From the NCBI GenBank assembly GCA_051294905.1, contig CM119371.1, positions 10,356,001 through 10,420,000 of the forward strand: 64,000 nucleotides of DNA. The letters are read 5' to 3'. The notes beneath the pieces are model-generated. The model did no database searches. It was not told the DNA's origin and was given only the letters and a program-made list of their open reading frames with translations. Numbering within the stretch: position 1 is the stretch's first letter; every line of letters begins with the position of its first letter. Positions 24,871-38,630 of the stretch are shown in pieces. The position numbers and the translations under genes are program-made. This DNA is from Botryllus schlosseri (lineage: Eukaryota).

Positions 24871-25174
24871 TGGTTGCCCGACATATGAGCATGCGACACA
24901 ATGGAAAACGACAGTTCAGCATTGAACACAACAGCATGCGTCACTTCAGCATGTGACTTTATAACCCCAAAACTTACCCTAACCCGAAACATAGCCTAAC
25001 CTAACCTAACCTAGCTAACCTAACCTAAAGCCTAACTCTAACCCAACCATAAATCCAACCCTAACCTACCCCTAACCCGTAATTTAACCCACATGCTCAT
25101 GAGTCGCATGCCAAATTGTCGCATGCCGAAGTCTCGCATGCTGTAATGTCGCATGCTCATATGTCCACGGACCG
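24871..25174. mobile_element. Short foldback-type element with (CCTAA/CCCTAA)n core
   Basis: Termini TGGTTGCCCGACATATGAGCATGCGACA ... TGTCGCATGCTCATATGTCCACGGACCG; TSD TCGGTGA; same termini as 42239-44492. Confidence 0.88.
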
Positions 25175-25333
25175 TCGGTGATATCTGCACTAAAGGCGGT
25201 TTTTCGTTAAGTGCTGTATCATCAAGTAGGACACAAAGCATATTACTAAAACGTAACAAATTAGGGACATTAACGACAATGACCGGAATGTCGAAGCGAA
25301 AACCATCTTAAATCTACGATCAATATTTTCGGA

Positions 25334-25431
25334 AGTTTGTTTGTTTGTGGCATTCATGGTGTTTGTCGACTACTATGGCCATTTACACCAGGCCGACATT
25401 GTTTATTATTTTCCGTAACTGCCGACTTACC
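25334..25431 (-). mobile_element. 5'-truncated SINE A fragment inside MFS copy 2
   Basis: Matches 20983-21083 including the (GTTT)n tail; replaces ~45 bp present in MFS copy 3. Confidence 0.82.
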
Positions 25432-26173
25432 GAATTCCCATGGCTCTTGTAGCAACCAAGTTAGACATCAGAGATGCTTGCCGCCTTGTAGCCGATGACA
25501 TTGCTGTCGCTTTTTCTCTTTCATTCAAAGGAAACCAATTCACGGACACTAGCTGTGCCATCGGTATTATAACTCCGGTGGCGGAACCGGATGGAAACAC
25601 CCCAGCAACTAAGAGTCAGAATATTCTCAAGAAAACTCCCATTTTAACAAGTGGAGTGGCGAATCCGTTCAAGACGCAGGCTAGCAAAGTGATCCAACCA
25701 CCGATAGCCAGTCTACCGACGAGATTGGCAATTGCTTGTAAGTCAGTCATAGCTGGTTTGATTCCTAAATATCAGGGTCGTGTATCGGTGAGAAATGAGG
25801 ATGATGCGTAACCGAAGACATCCAATACGGTGATGAAACACGCTATTGATGGATTGCCCCATCTTTTCCACACGACGCGGTGGCTTTTCCGCCTCAACGT
25901 CTTGTGGTTTCTGAATCACGACCGCTAGCATTCGACTTCATAACAAACGCTAGACCAGATGTCTCTCACTCGGATCAGTTTCAAAAAATTTCCCACAACG
26001 GCCAATGAATGCAGGAAACGAAATGTCGTATACCAAGCTACGCCAACGATTACTTGAACAACGAGCACCAGAAGGATCATCCGTGCCGAAACGGAAGGAA
26101 GCAGAGAGAGCAGACTATGAACATTGATTGAGGTGAAATTGGCCCATGCTAGGGTAGCGATGAACGTTAGTGC

Positions 26174-28353
26174 TAGGGATGGTGTGAACTTCTGAAAGGT
26201 TCAGGTTCGTGTGAACGCGAACCTTTTTGAAAGGTTCTGTGTGAACGCGAACGTGAACCTCATGACGTCACGTGACATCATATTACTAATTCCAACCCTA
26301 CATTTCGCTGAAGTGATAAATAATAATGTACGTACACGATACCTAGCGACGACTCGGGCCACATAATGACACAACACTAAAGTACATACTGACTTATTAA
26401 ACGAGGCTAAATGTATCAACTGGAGCAATCAAATGATATAATAATTTCATAAAATCAATATATTCCGTCGTCTTGCCAACAATTTCGACGAGGAATTGCA
26501 AGGGAATATAAGCCTACGCGTTAACGGTCTAGGCCAGGGGTCGCCAACTCAAAATAGGTCGCGGGCCACTTTTCCAAATTCCTGGAGGCCGCGGGCCGCA
26601 TGACATCAATATCGATATAAAAGTAGGCAACGCAGTTCAACAACCACGTCTGATAACTCTACGTTATTACAACGCTGTGCTTTCTAACATAGGCGACGGT
26701 TATAGTCACCACAAAAGAACTAATATTTTATTGAACAAACACAAATACAACAAAAAGTATCATGATCATCAATGTCATTATATTTTGGACTATGAGCTGT
26801 ACACGATACCTGACAATGATAACACTCTTTAGCCGCTAAAACAGTGGTGGCCAACATTTTTGTAATTCACGGCCGCATTTCGCGTACTCATGTAGCCTGC
26901 GGCCGCATACCGGTGGTTAGTCGTGATAAACTAGCTGGGGCCAAATACCCACGTTATCATGTCCATGTCCATTGACGGTACACTCCGAACTAATCTATAT
27001 GCACATATCGGCTTACTATGCGCACCAAATCGTTAGTAGTTATGTTGTAAAGAGCCACAGAGAACCAATCTGTAGTCGCGCGAAGCGCGAAAAATTTTTC
27101 ATGTTCATGAGTGAATTTCGTCAATAAATATTAGTATAGTTTCACATATTACTATAAAATATTTATCCTTTCTCGGCCAATGTGATCAGATTCCCAGATA
27201 CAGCTGATGCAGGGGGTATCTGTGAAAACTTAGGGTTGTTATTACAAGTGTCGACAGCCGCATAATTTTCCTTCTACTGCTGCAGATTGGCCACCCATGG
27301 ATTGAAGAATCAATATTGGGGTTAGCTATACACGGTAGGCCTACTTGCTAGACAACTATCTCCTCGTAAAGCATGGTCTTTTGGAGCGCCCGAAGTCGTT
27401 TTGCAGGCGTCTCGGTCTTGGCAGTGGTGGGCCATTGCACGTCAAGGCAATATGCCCATTCGTACCAGCAAATTCTTCCTCCATGGAATGATATTACCAT
27501 GCCGAAGCCGTATCAACTAGTGAGTAATAGTGATAGTGGGCACATAGAATGGCTCACTTTGAAAAACAACAACATTATGTTTCAACTGAAATCAATTTTA
27601 GCGTTTCAACATGATTTACTAAGCGTTTTTCTAAATTTTTTTCAAATCAGGTCGCGGGCCGCAAAATAGGACCTCGCGGGCCGCATGCGGCCCGCGGGCC
27701 GCGTGTTGGAGACCCCTGGTCTAGGCCACACTGAGCTATATATTCGGCAACTGAGTGTTGCTACGTTGATGTTGCGCAGAGTATAAAACGGATTTTACTC
27801 CATTAAGAAGTTATATAGCAGTAACCAACACCTCAATCGCGCGGATTTGGTTTATATCATACGATATACATATGTAATCGAGATGGACCACGTACGCTTG
27901 CAAGATTTTTTTTACATCAGACAACGATATCAATTTCATTGATCGGTTGAATAAGCATCATTCGCTGACCTACATGTAGCTATTTCGCTCTTGATGTTGT
28001 GTGATTGCTGGTCAAGCTCAGAGCAGAGAGTCACTAAATATTCCAATCAGAAAGCTGGACATTTAGGGCAAATTTTTGTAGCAGAGCAGGTAAAATTACT
28101 GAGATTTTCAAGGTGCATGCTCAATTGCTCATTTAGTGTTGATTTTTATGCTTCCAGCGCCATGCATAGAGTGGCCCGCAGTTTAAATGCAAGAAATTTC
28201 AACCAAAGATGTTATGATTACGTGAAAACTGTAATATATGAAAAAGGTTCACAGTGCAGATCCTACCAAGGTTCGTTTGTGAACGTGAACCTCTAAATAT
28301 CAGAGGTTCACACACAGAACGCGGACGTCAACCTCACGTCCACGCCATCCCTA
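26174..28353. mobile_element. 'TAGGGATGG' hAT MITE inserted in the tRNA-like head of a SINE B
   Basis: TIRs as above; TSD GTTAGTGC (26166-26173, 28354-28361); rejoined flanks match 8905-9230. Confidence 0.9.
26535..27718. mobile_element. hAT (Buster-type) MITE nested in 26174-28353
   Basis: CAGGGGTCGCCAAC / GTTGGAGACCCCTG; TSD GTCTAGGC. Confidence 0.9.
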
Positions 28354-28953
28354 GTTAGTGCCTTCTACGCAGGTGGCCCGGGTTCAGGTGCTACCTTCGA
28401 AGGTTCCTCTGGACTTCTCGTCCCCTGTGTCCGCAGTTCCCACGGCTACAAAAAAGGGCCAGGCAAAAAGATCCGATTTCCGGAGAAAACATCCGATCGC
28501 CAAAGAAAGAAAGAAAAGAGCAAGAATAACGTCTTAATTGACATACTAAGACAGATTAACATCGAAATGACTGTAACATCGGGCACCAGTCTGAGGTTAT
28601 TGCCAGATTAAGAAACCACTACTTGGTCGTTTCGGAATCCTCCTATCTGTTCATTGCATCGGATTATGTCTTGTATATCGCATTGAACATTGTGAGCATG
28701 TGTCTTCGCAAGAGGAAAATATAATCCGGCGATGATCGATTAATATTATTGATAATGCGACTAATGCTAATAATTGACTGCATGAGAAGCATAAAGCTCA
28801 CTGCTATCCGCTATGACTGATTGATTTACCTGAAATCATTATGGCCATGAATCACCAATTGTGGTAAATATTTTAAACAGACATCGAAGTATCAGTGGAA
28901 TGAATCTCAAAGCATTGCTACTTGTTTTCCTCCATTTTCAGCTTGGCTCAGAT

Positions 28954-30147
28954 CAGCGGTTCTCAACCTTTTTAGACATGCGCCCCCCTTGGCGATGGTC
29001 AAAAAATTGCGCCCCCTGACCCCCCCGCACTTATCGTCATGTCAAAAAGAGCACATCACATAATACAGTGGTGGGATTGCTATTAGTCACTTTGTTGCAT
29101 GCTGTTATTTCTTGACCCCCCCCCCCTTCATCAGGATTATCGAATGTATCGGTAGTGGAAATAGTGGAAATATATGGAAATCACCTCAATGTACCATAAA
29201 CAAATTCCTTTCGTGAGAGCACACGATTCCAATTTCGGCTCAGATTGAGAAGGGCGCTACTATAATAAAATCGAAATATGACGTGATGTTGAATTGCGCG
29301 GAGCGCGAAGTAAATTTCAAGAATAATTAAAATCTCTTAAAATTTCGGGTGGAAATTCGTAATTTCAATTTGCATGTCGCCGGCCGCCAATCCATCCTAC
29401 TGACCAAATTAGGTATCGACGGCCGCACAATCCCTTTTACGGTCCAAGGTTGCCCACCCCCGATCTAATATTATACATATGGTATATCTTACGCCAAGTT
29501 TGAATCCGCATTCCAGTTATTGAGTCTTCGACATTTCTGACAAATTTCCCCAAACTTGTTTCAAAATAGCAAAATAAATTTTGAACAGGATATCAATTTA
29601 GTTCCAGCTAGGTTGCACTGAGGCTAAACCTAATGCTGGTAGTGACTACAGAGAGCACGGCATCGTTCTGTACTGCCATGCTAAATTTGAACAGTTTTTG
29701 AAATTGAATAATTGTGTAGATTTAGGGTAGCCTAATTGAGGGTTAAACTGGGCAACCTATATTGCATCTAAGTCTGTATTAAACAGTGCAGTTCGCCAGC
29801 TATTAACAACAGATAACCATTGCACCGAGCTTTAGGCTACTGCCAAAGCTATGAAGTAATGAATGCCTTACACGCGATAATTGCACTAAATCTTCAAGTG
29901 ACATCAAAGATTTGCTCAAATGAAGTTGAAATCAGCCTATACTCCGTTGAGCGCGACTGCTGTAGATTTGTATTTGGTGAGCATTCTTGAATACGAAATA
30001 AGTTTCATCTTCAACAATCGTATTCTCAGAATGGTTGTGAAACACATGTTTAGTCAGAATTCATACCGACTTTGTAAAATTCTCGCGTTCCCCCGCACCC
30101 TTCCCCCCACGAAGAGGGGGGGGGCGCCCCCAGGTTGAGAACCACTG
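28954..30147. mobile_element. hAT (Buster-type) MITE
   Basis: CAGCGGTTCTCAACC / GGTTGAGAACCACTG; TSD GCTCAGAT/GCTTAGAT; ends related to 34408-34727. Confidence 0.85.
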
Positions 30148-30758
30148 GCTTAGATCATGAGCATTATCTTGGGTAATTGAATGACGGAACCAGCGGTTCT
30201 CAACCGCGGTGCCGCGACTGTTCAAGGGTGCCGGGAAACAAATGTGGCAAAGCTGGTTTCCGTCGACATAGAACAATTATTTGAAGATGTAGTACCTATA
30301 AATATGATATGGTGTCAAATTTAAATTGGAAGTGTGAAAACAAATTTGTAAACAGCCGATTCGCTATGACATTCGTAACTATAAACAACAGACACAGCTC
30401 CTTCATGATCTTGGTTTGGCAACTAATGACTTTTAGATGCATCATTACAGATACACTGAAAACTGCAGCATTGAATAAATGATTGCAAGGAATTTGGTAA
30501 AGGTTTAAGGAGTGCGATGCGGCATATCAACATCACATAAATCAGGGGTCGGGAACCTGTGGCTCGCGAGCCATATATGGCTCTTTTGATGATGAATATG
30601 GCTCTTTGATAAGTTTCCAATTTTGCACAATATTCCCATTTTCGTTATCAAAATTGTGTTTAATAAATTTTCTTAACGACTATGGCATCATGAGAGAGAC
30701 GGTGAGACGGTAAGACGGTGAGACGGGTCTTTATAAAGTCAAAACACTGATATATATC

Positions 30759-31127
30759 TGGGCTTACCATATTTTGGAAATGTAAAAAGAGGACACTTTT
30801 TCAGAAATATCAGACATGTAAAACTGGAGAAGAATTTTCAAAAACCGCTAAATTTTTCCCACTTCGTGATCGGTTGACTAAAAAAAAAAAGGTCTACTTT
30901 TCGCTCAGAGCTAGAATCACCGCTTTTCCCTCCGAAATACCCGCTGGAGCTTCACTTTTGCGCTAATTTGCGGGATATCACTCGCAATGTCCTCTAAATC
31001 TGACGTAAATTTTCAAAAAAGAGGACAAAATCTTAAAAAAGGGAAAAAAGGGCGTCCTCCAAGGACACTTTCAAAAAAGTCAAAAAAGAGGACAAATCCT
31101 CTTAAAAGAGGACGTATGGTAAGCCTA
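30759..31127. mobile_element. hAT-type MITE with GAGGAC subterminal repeats
   Basis: TGGGCTTACCATA / TATGGTAAGCCTA; TSD TATATATC; relative at 37784-38186. Confidence 0.82.
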
Positions 31128-33096
31128 TATATATCCCGAAGTGGGGTGTAGGTGCTCAGAAATTCAAATTCCTGAAATGGATGATGACCAATATTGACTG
31201 TTGATAACGTATTATTATTATCCGTCAAATAAAGGGGAAGACAACTTCTCCAGTCGGCGGGCCGGATATGGGAAAATTAGGTACTTGACGGGCTGTATTC
31301 CTGAATCGAAACATTGTTCGCATATTTATCCACTTATAGAAACGGTCCACAATACATATCTGCGGGCCGCTCAAAATCCCGCCGCGGACCGTATCTTGCT
31401 TGCCCCTGGTCGAATATAATATATTCTCCGATAATAGCGCAAATTCCTGCCTTCAAGTTATTTAGTGGAATTTATCCGACAAATCTAACCCCTTAATTTC
31501 GATAAGAAGTCTTATAATGACAATAACAAAGTCGCTGTCAATAGCTTTTCTGATATCATATCTCCCTGCACCTAATATTGCATGCCTTGGAATCGTGGAT
31601 TTTACAATACGCCGAACTTAATCGAAGAGCAAACATGCCGACGCCTGTATGATTAGCTAAGCTAAATTGTCCAGTGCTCGACTGCCGTTATTCATTACGT
31701 TGCCTGGTCTAACTAAAGTCGGACAGATTATTGATTCGTGCGGCCGTTATAACCACACACATCGACTCACGCAAGTCGAAGTTTTTGTGTGCGAGGAAAG
31801 AATATGCTAACATGCATTGGAAGACAAATTGGCGGATTGTAATCATGAGATTATCATGAATAATTTTTCAAGTATTTTCGGTCCCAGTGTCTCATCGATA
31901 CCACATCTCCGCTACCCTTAAATCGTTCTCATACTCCATGATGATTTTTTTTACGTGCCAGTTTAATCAATTCGCGACGTATTCATAACTTTTGGTTAAA
32001 GCACCCGCATCCCTCGCAACCCCCTTTCATACAGCAATGCACCCCTTGGCCATGGCATGCATAAGGTTAGGCCTCTTGTCAAGTTTGTTGTGTAGCACAT
32101 CTGAATACAACAGCAGGAAACCACACGAAATGAAATTTCGCTGAGTAAATCATATAGTAGAATGAATGTCAATTGCAGGAAATAATGAAACAAATTCGGT
32201 CAATCAAACAATGTATTTGCCTGACATTCTATGAACTATGGTGGCATCAAGTTAAAGGATATCTGTCAAGCACTACACTCTGCAGGAGAGCAAGTGCAGG
32301 GTTACGTCTGACTAAGTTACATGAATTTTGTCTTTTAGTCAGTAATAGTTGGAAAAGTTATGGTTATAATGGTCGTTCGTATACTCATGAGTTCTCGATT
32401 TTAAACTTTGCAGCATTGCTATCGTATGATAGATATGCATCAGGTCAGAATTCTATGTAGTAAATAGGGCATGTTTCGTCACCGGTGGGGTCGGTACACG
32501 TGCATAGAACCAGAGTCGAGGCAATGGTACATGGCCGTGGTCATGTAGGTTTGGGTGTTGGTGTTGTTTTCCGACTGAGCTTCAAGAAGTGACAAGATAG
32601 CACATGCTCCATAGCTGAAATACCAATGCAACACCATTACACGAATAAATTTTATTTCAAGGAGTGCTGGTCACAATGATTCGAGCAATCGAATTTGAAT
32701 CCGAAACAGATATTATTTGTAATGATTCGAGCCGAGAGTTGATTATTTCCTGGTACTGACATCATATTTTCGGTACATGCCTACCGCCGCCGAAGCCTTG
32801 AAAACCATATCGGTCGTATCACACTAACCAAAACATGCACAAAGATTACCAATTGCACAGTGCACACGTTTGCAGAAACCAAGCTTCGCAGAAGTATAGC
32901 GAATAATGCGCAGCATCGTCTTCAAGCGCTATTAAGGCGGTATTGTCCAGAAAATACATTATCTGTAACGCGTGTACAACTGTACATAGATTGCAATATT
33001 TTATGTGGTTGCGTTGAATGTTGATAGTAGGGATGGTGTGAACCTCTGAAAGGTTTTGATTTGTGTGAACATGAACTTTTTTGAAAGCTTCTATGT

Positions 33097-33941
33097 CAGG
33101 GGTTCTGAAAGTATGAGTCGCGATGGGTATAATTTGGGGTCGCGACGGCAGCCGAGTGATTTTTTAATATGTAATATTTGTTGAATTTGTTGCAGCGAAA
33201 TAATTTCTTCGCACCTCGCGCAGTTTCCTGTTGCTGCTTTGTCCATATTCGAAGTCACTATGTTGGGTTGTAATGACAATAAGCGATGCAGGCAGAAAAG
33301 TTTTTGCTACGACATGGCTTCGTCATGAAAATGTGTCGATCTCTATATTACACAAATTAATTTGAGATCATGATAAGATTTATCTGACATTATTTTCTCT
33401 AAAAAAATACCGTCGGAGACCGTTTGGATGCTTCAGTGTAGGAGTGTGCAACGAGCGGCTGCAATACTATGTAGCACAGATATTTAGAGGCCAACCCCTC
33501 CCGCGCCGGTACACATGAGGACATCGGTTTTCGGCGAGCGTACGGTTGGGCAAAGTGCGGTACCAAACAGATCGGCGGCGATAAAACTTTGGCCAAGAAT
33601 GACCGTCGTATGTCCGCCAAAACCTTGGACATTGATATGTCCGGTTGTAGCAATTGTCTTTACCCGCGCAGTTCCGTCGTGGAAATCTGAGTAGTACGAA
33701 TACAGTACAAAAGCGACTGTCGAGGAAAATAATGCATCCCAATTGGAAATCGCGTGCCGCTGAAATGTTTCATAGAGCTGAGTTGCGTACAACTGATGTC
33801 TGCGCTGTCTACGTCATACATGCCCGTAAAACACGGCATACATATATTAAAAATGCATTCTTTTTTATGTGTGAGGTTTGGGTCACAAGATACCACCAAA
33901 CTCAGATTTGGGTCTCGGCCTAAAATGTTTAAGAACCCCGG
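33097..33941. mobile_element. hAT (Buster/Charlie) deletion derivative
   Basis: CAGGGGTTCT / AGAACCCCGG ends; TSD TTCTATGT/TGCTATGT; splits the host MITE cleanly. Confidence 0.75.
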
Positions 33942-34407
33942 TGCTATGTGAACGCGAACGTGAACACGAACCCATAACGTCACGTGACGTAATAGTGCTT
34001 ATTCCAATCCTACATTTCCCTAAAGAAATGTATTTGTGTTATAGTGCATAAGATACCTATGGCGTCGGCTCAGGTCAGAATATGCCACAAATGCTGAAGT
34101 ACATGCTGGCATTTTAGGCATCACCAATTGTGTACCAACTGGAACGATCAAATACTATGATAATTCCATAAAATCAAAATCTTCGGTTGCTTTGTCAACA
34201 ATTTCAATGAGGACTTGCCAGATAATATAAGCTTACGGCTTAACGGTCTGGTCCAGCGATTGCCAACCGCGGCTCCAAGGTAGCCTTCATGCAGCTGTGA
34301 TTGACCTCTGATTGCCACAGACGACAGTTGTTGTTTGTTTTTATGAATAGTTATTGTCAATTTCTGTATAGGAATGCAAAAATTAGGGATATTAGTTATG
34401 TCTAAAG

Positions 34408-34727
34408 CAGTGGTTCTCAACCTGGGGGGCGCCCCCCCCCCCCCTTAGGGGGTGTGAAAGCATTGAAGGGGGCGCGAAGAAGCGTTCAACTGAAAAAAAA
34501 TTCGCGCTCTGCGCGATTTACCTCCAGTTCTCGCGTGTTTCGCTATATACAGACCGAATTTAATATTTTTAAGACTCTCGTCAACACTCGTAACCTTCCA
34601 TGCCATCAAACAATCTGTTGGGGTTGCTAGCATCCCGGTTGGATTTTGTGATATGACGATAAGGGGGGCGCGAAATTTTTCACTGTCAAAAAGGGGAGCG
34701 TGTCTAAAAAAAGGTTGAGAACCACTG
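34408..34727. mobile_element. hAT (Buster-type) MITE
   Basis: Perfect CAGTGGTTCTCAACC TIRs; TSD GTCTAAAG; a truncated copy lies at ~17858-18070. Confidence 0.92.
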
Positions 34728-36194
34728 GTCTAAAGCAATGGTTCTCAACTTTTTAGACCTCGCGGACAGGTCAAACTTCAAAACAAATCTTACGTACCGG
34801 TGAACCTTCAAAAACTAATATTCACCCAAAACTTAATTACGACCACTTTAATGTAATTTTAGAAACTCCGTTTAATGATGCCTTGTTGATAGTAGAAATT
34901 TATAAGCGTTGCTATTGAAGTTTCTGTAAGGCATGTTTCGCGAAGTCCTGTTAAAGACCAGTAATTTGAATGGGATTGTTCAGTGTCCCATGAAAGAAAT
35001 GTGAATTTGCTCTTTGCTATAGCACCTATCATACTGCAAATAGTTGCCTAATTGAAGTTTGTTTGAAGTCTTCGCAGCTTTCACATATACCTTGTCCGAA
35101 ACTAGTTGTTTGCTACTTTTTGACAATTTCACACAACACTAGTACCATTGTGACGAACGCCAAATGTAGACCATAAACTCTTTTTTGCAACGCCATGCAA
35201 AAAATACCTTCCAAACTTCTAAATGAATTCAAATTTTATTTTCATTTCTCTTATCAATGCACAAGCACCCAATATCTTGCATTTTCGAATTGAGATTTAA
35301 AAAAAATCAGGAAACTTGTTATGGACCGGCACCGGTCCGCAGCCGTCCAAGGCCGCTTCCGAAAAACTGGAAAGAGAATTCTTGCAGACTAGCGTAAAAT
35401 GTTCCGATGAATACCCGTCAGAAAAGGAGGTATACTGGTCATGGACCTTTATATATAGTCTATGTGAAGAATAAATTTGGACAGAATTTTACTTATATCT
35501 AAATAACTGCAAAATAACTGCTCATTAGGATTATCATTAAGAACTTTGACAACACTTACAAGTGAATTCAATTTGCTGTAAGCATCTTATAAATGCCAAG
35601 CATGACCCGCTGATTCTGCCGATCCCTGGAGCATTCAAAACGTCACCTGTATACTACAGTTTGAGCCGAATAAGATCACGCGAAGTATAGTGCCCTTGTT
35701 AAGCTTTATATTTGTATTCACTGATGATTCCCTTCTGAAACGGGGAATTCGTTCACCCCTGGCATAAGCGCCTTGATTTCCCTCGATGAAAACACGTCAT
35801 GTTGGCCACAGCCATTTCCTTCACAATGCAGCTGTCATGCTGCAAAAGTTTTTGTGAAGCAGCTGTTGTTTGTTCATCATGTGTTTTCTACCTCAACATA
35901 TTCTGAATTAATCTTAAATCATCATCTGCTAACCTACCAACAATGCGCTTTCAGAATCCCCGCCGGTAGCGGACTCCTTGAACACCTATAACCATCAAGC
36001 TGCTGCTGTCGTGATCATTGAAGCATAGCCAATTAGCCAATCAAGAGCCGTGGTTATGTGATTACTAGTTTTCTTGCCGTTCTATGGTCGGTGGCACCCC
36101 CATTATGGGGCAGCTACTTTCAAACACTTTGATCGAAATCTCAACGGCTTTCCTGTGAGCTTCCTTCAGGCTCATTGTTGTTTTTTATCAATAA

Positions 36195-37624
36195 CACTGG
36201 TCCACACATATTTTAGGCAGACAAAGTAAGAGTGGTTTTAGGGGTTCTGAAGTGCTCTGATTCAGAATATGACCTTAGTTTTTTCAGATTTGCTCTATTT
36301 TTGAAGATAGTACATGGGGCTATTTTGACAAAATCTCATATTTTCGCTGTATGGACTGGGTAAAAAAAACCGGTTTAGTCGTACTATAAAGTTCAGAAAT
36401 TCAATCTACTGGTTATTTTGACACGCTGACGACTGTTCTAAAACAAAATACATCAACAGAATTAAATTTCGGGGTATTAGATTTATCATAATTGAAGACT
36501 TCCACGGATATCATGTACATAAATAAACTTCAATCATGTATATAAGTGTTTACCCAAATACTCAAATAACGTTGCATTACTTGAATCAGTTTATGTCAAT
36601 CACCTATTTTAAGTTCAAGGTAATGAGTTGGAATATAAAATTAGGATAACATATCTTGAAGCAAAATTGGTTCTTGTACTATTTTCAGTTGTAAGCAATT
36701 TAGTGCTGTTTTTCGAAAGTTTCCAGTAATAGTCTGCCATAATATGTTCGTCGCATTTCCAATGATATCTTTTTTTAGTTGTTGTTTTGATGTATTGGTG
36801 GAACCTTCCCCATTTCTATTCCCTCTAATCAGCAATATTATCAGAAAATATACCGCGATGACTGAACAAGAAATGAGATTTAATGCTCATGTTCGCTCCA
36901 AGGTTTCCATATGCAGATACCAATTCTCGGACCAACTGTTTGTATTTGGGTATTTCTTCGAAAAAGTTTTATTTACTACATCCCAGAAGGGATTCCATGC
37001 AGTGAACACCTTTCCTAATATGAAATTGTACTCCTTAGTACGCGTTCGAATCTGAGATGCATCAAAGATTCCAGATTTAAGCTTCTCGTTTGATATGGAT
37101 ACTAGGTAGTAGGTATACCCACTTTATTGGCTTTGTGGAAAATTGTCCATTTACAAATGAAAAGAGATGAGTATTTAGTAAAGTTTTCCAGGGACAAACT
37201 TGATAGCTTTTTACTCCTCTGTCATCTTGGTAGAATGACCAATTGGTACAGGAGAAAAAATATTTCCAATGGGCAAAAGTACAATTTTTAGGCTTGACAA
37301 ACTGCTTTTTTACCAAACAAAGTTCTCGCATCAGGTACTGTTATAATGATGGAATAACTGAGAACGGCATGAGTTTTCATCATAGTCAAATATCTATTTA
37401 TGCGCAGTATAAAAGCAGAAAAATCTAAGATTTACTCCTTACCAAGTGAAATATTCAAGTGTAAATACTATTATTTTAAGCTTTTTTAGGGGTATAAATA
37501 TCTTCTTTTCTAGAGCCAGTCTGGCAAAACTAATGTGATATTCGTAATCAGCAACCTCGAAAACCCCAGAAACGGCTCCTCGATGTTCTGCCGAAAAAAA
37601 AATTGTACATTTTGTTGACCAATG
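36195..37624. mobile_element. Chapaev3-like (CMC) non-autonomous element
   Basis: CACTGGTCCACA ... TTGTTGACCAATG termini; 3-bp TSD TAA; imperfect subterminal inverted blocks ('ggggttctgaagtgctctgattcagaatat' / 'atattcgtaatcagcaacctcgaaaacccc'). Confidence 0.65.
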
Positions 37625-37783
37625 TAATTTATACAATGACAGGCAATCACAGAGTATTTTTAAGATTTTCCAAATTTTTGACAACCGTACTGCTCATGGT
37701 CAAGTATGAATTGCAATAAGTTCATTATTGCTCATCGTTTAATACCTGCAAACTTGTGCATTAAGTGCTAGAATATATGAAGA

Positions 37784-38186
37784 TAGGGTTACCATAAGTA
37801 CTCATTTTATAGGATTTGTCCTCTTTTTTGAAAGTGTCCTAGGATGACGCCCGAATGTCCTCTTTTTGGAGAATTTGTTCTCTTCTTTGAAAAGTTTGGT
37901 TAAATGTAAGTGAAATATGAACTGATATATAGGAAATTAGAACTCAAGTAATGGTCAGGTGGGTACTTCGGAAGTTGAGTCAGTAAGATAACCATTTTTA
38001 GTCGAAACCACTACGTTAGCGAAAAGAGTGGATAATTCGCCAGTCGAATCAACGTGATGACCTTAGCCAAAAAACTTCAAACTACGAAAATATTTTCAAA
38101 TTTTTCCGGATTTTACTTCGGTATTGTAAGTATGAAAATTTTGAAAGTGTGTCCTCTTTTCGGATTCCCAAAATATGCTATCCCTA
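37784..38186. mobile_element. hAT-type MITE
   Basis: TAGGGTTACCATA / TATGCTATCCCTA; TSD TATGAAGA. Confidence 0.85.
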
Positions 38187-38630
38187 TATGAAGAGCAATC
38201 ACATAACGATAGTATGTTGTAGTAATGATATGCATTTTCATAAAAAAACTAGTAAAATTTTTGAGATTGGGAAGGGCATGTTCGTTAAGCGCTGTAAAAT
38301 TATTGTCCTGCTGCCAGCGCCATACAGAGATTGTGTATAGGGTTGAAATGCAAAGAATTTGAACCAGAGATGGTATAATGTTAGATATGAAAAGGCTTTA
38401 AAGTGCATTTCTCAGATTCGCACACAGAACGCGAACGTTAATCCCCACGTTCACAGCATCCCTATTACATAGTTGACTTCTTACATCGCCTATACTATTA
38501 TGACGTAACCGTGAGTTATCCTCGAATATTCGACTCCAATTCAAGTTCTCGGTTTTGCCCAGCGCCAAATATTACCATAGTCGTAATTCTATAAACTAAA
38601 AGTAAAGTTTATCAGAATATCATCATAGCT

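Larger units (their letters stand above)
24253..25941 (-). pseudogene. Full-length MFS transporter pseudogene (copy 2)
   Basis: Colinear with 63049-64000 and 8245-8700. Contains stops and frameshifts, a TE at 24871-25174 and a SINE fragment at ~25334-25431. Candidate ATG at 25941; terminal TAA at 24253. Confidence 0.88.
33028..38464. mobile_element. Old 'TAGGGATGG' MITE expanded by nested insertions
   Basis: Left TIR at 33028, body resumes at ~33942-34255, degenerate right end 'cacagcatcccta' at 38464. The right end and its flank match 10260-10620 upstream of methyltransferase 1. Confidence 0.6.
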
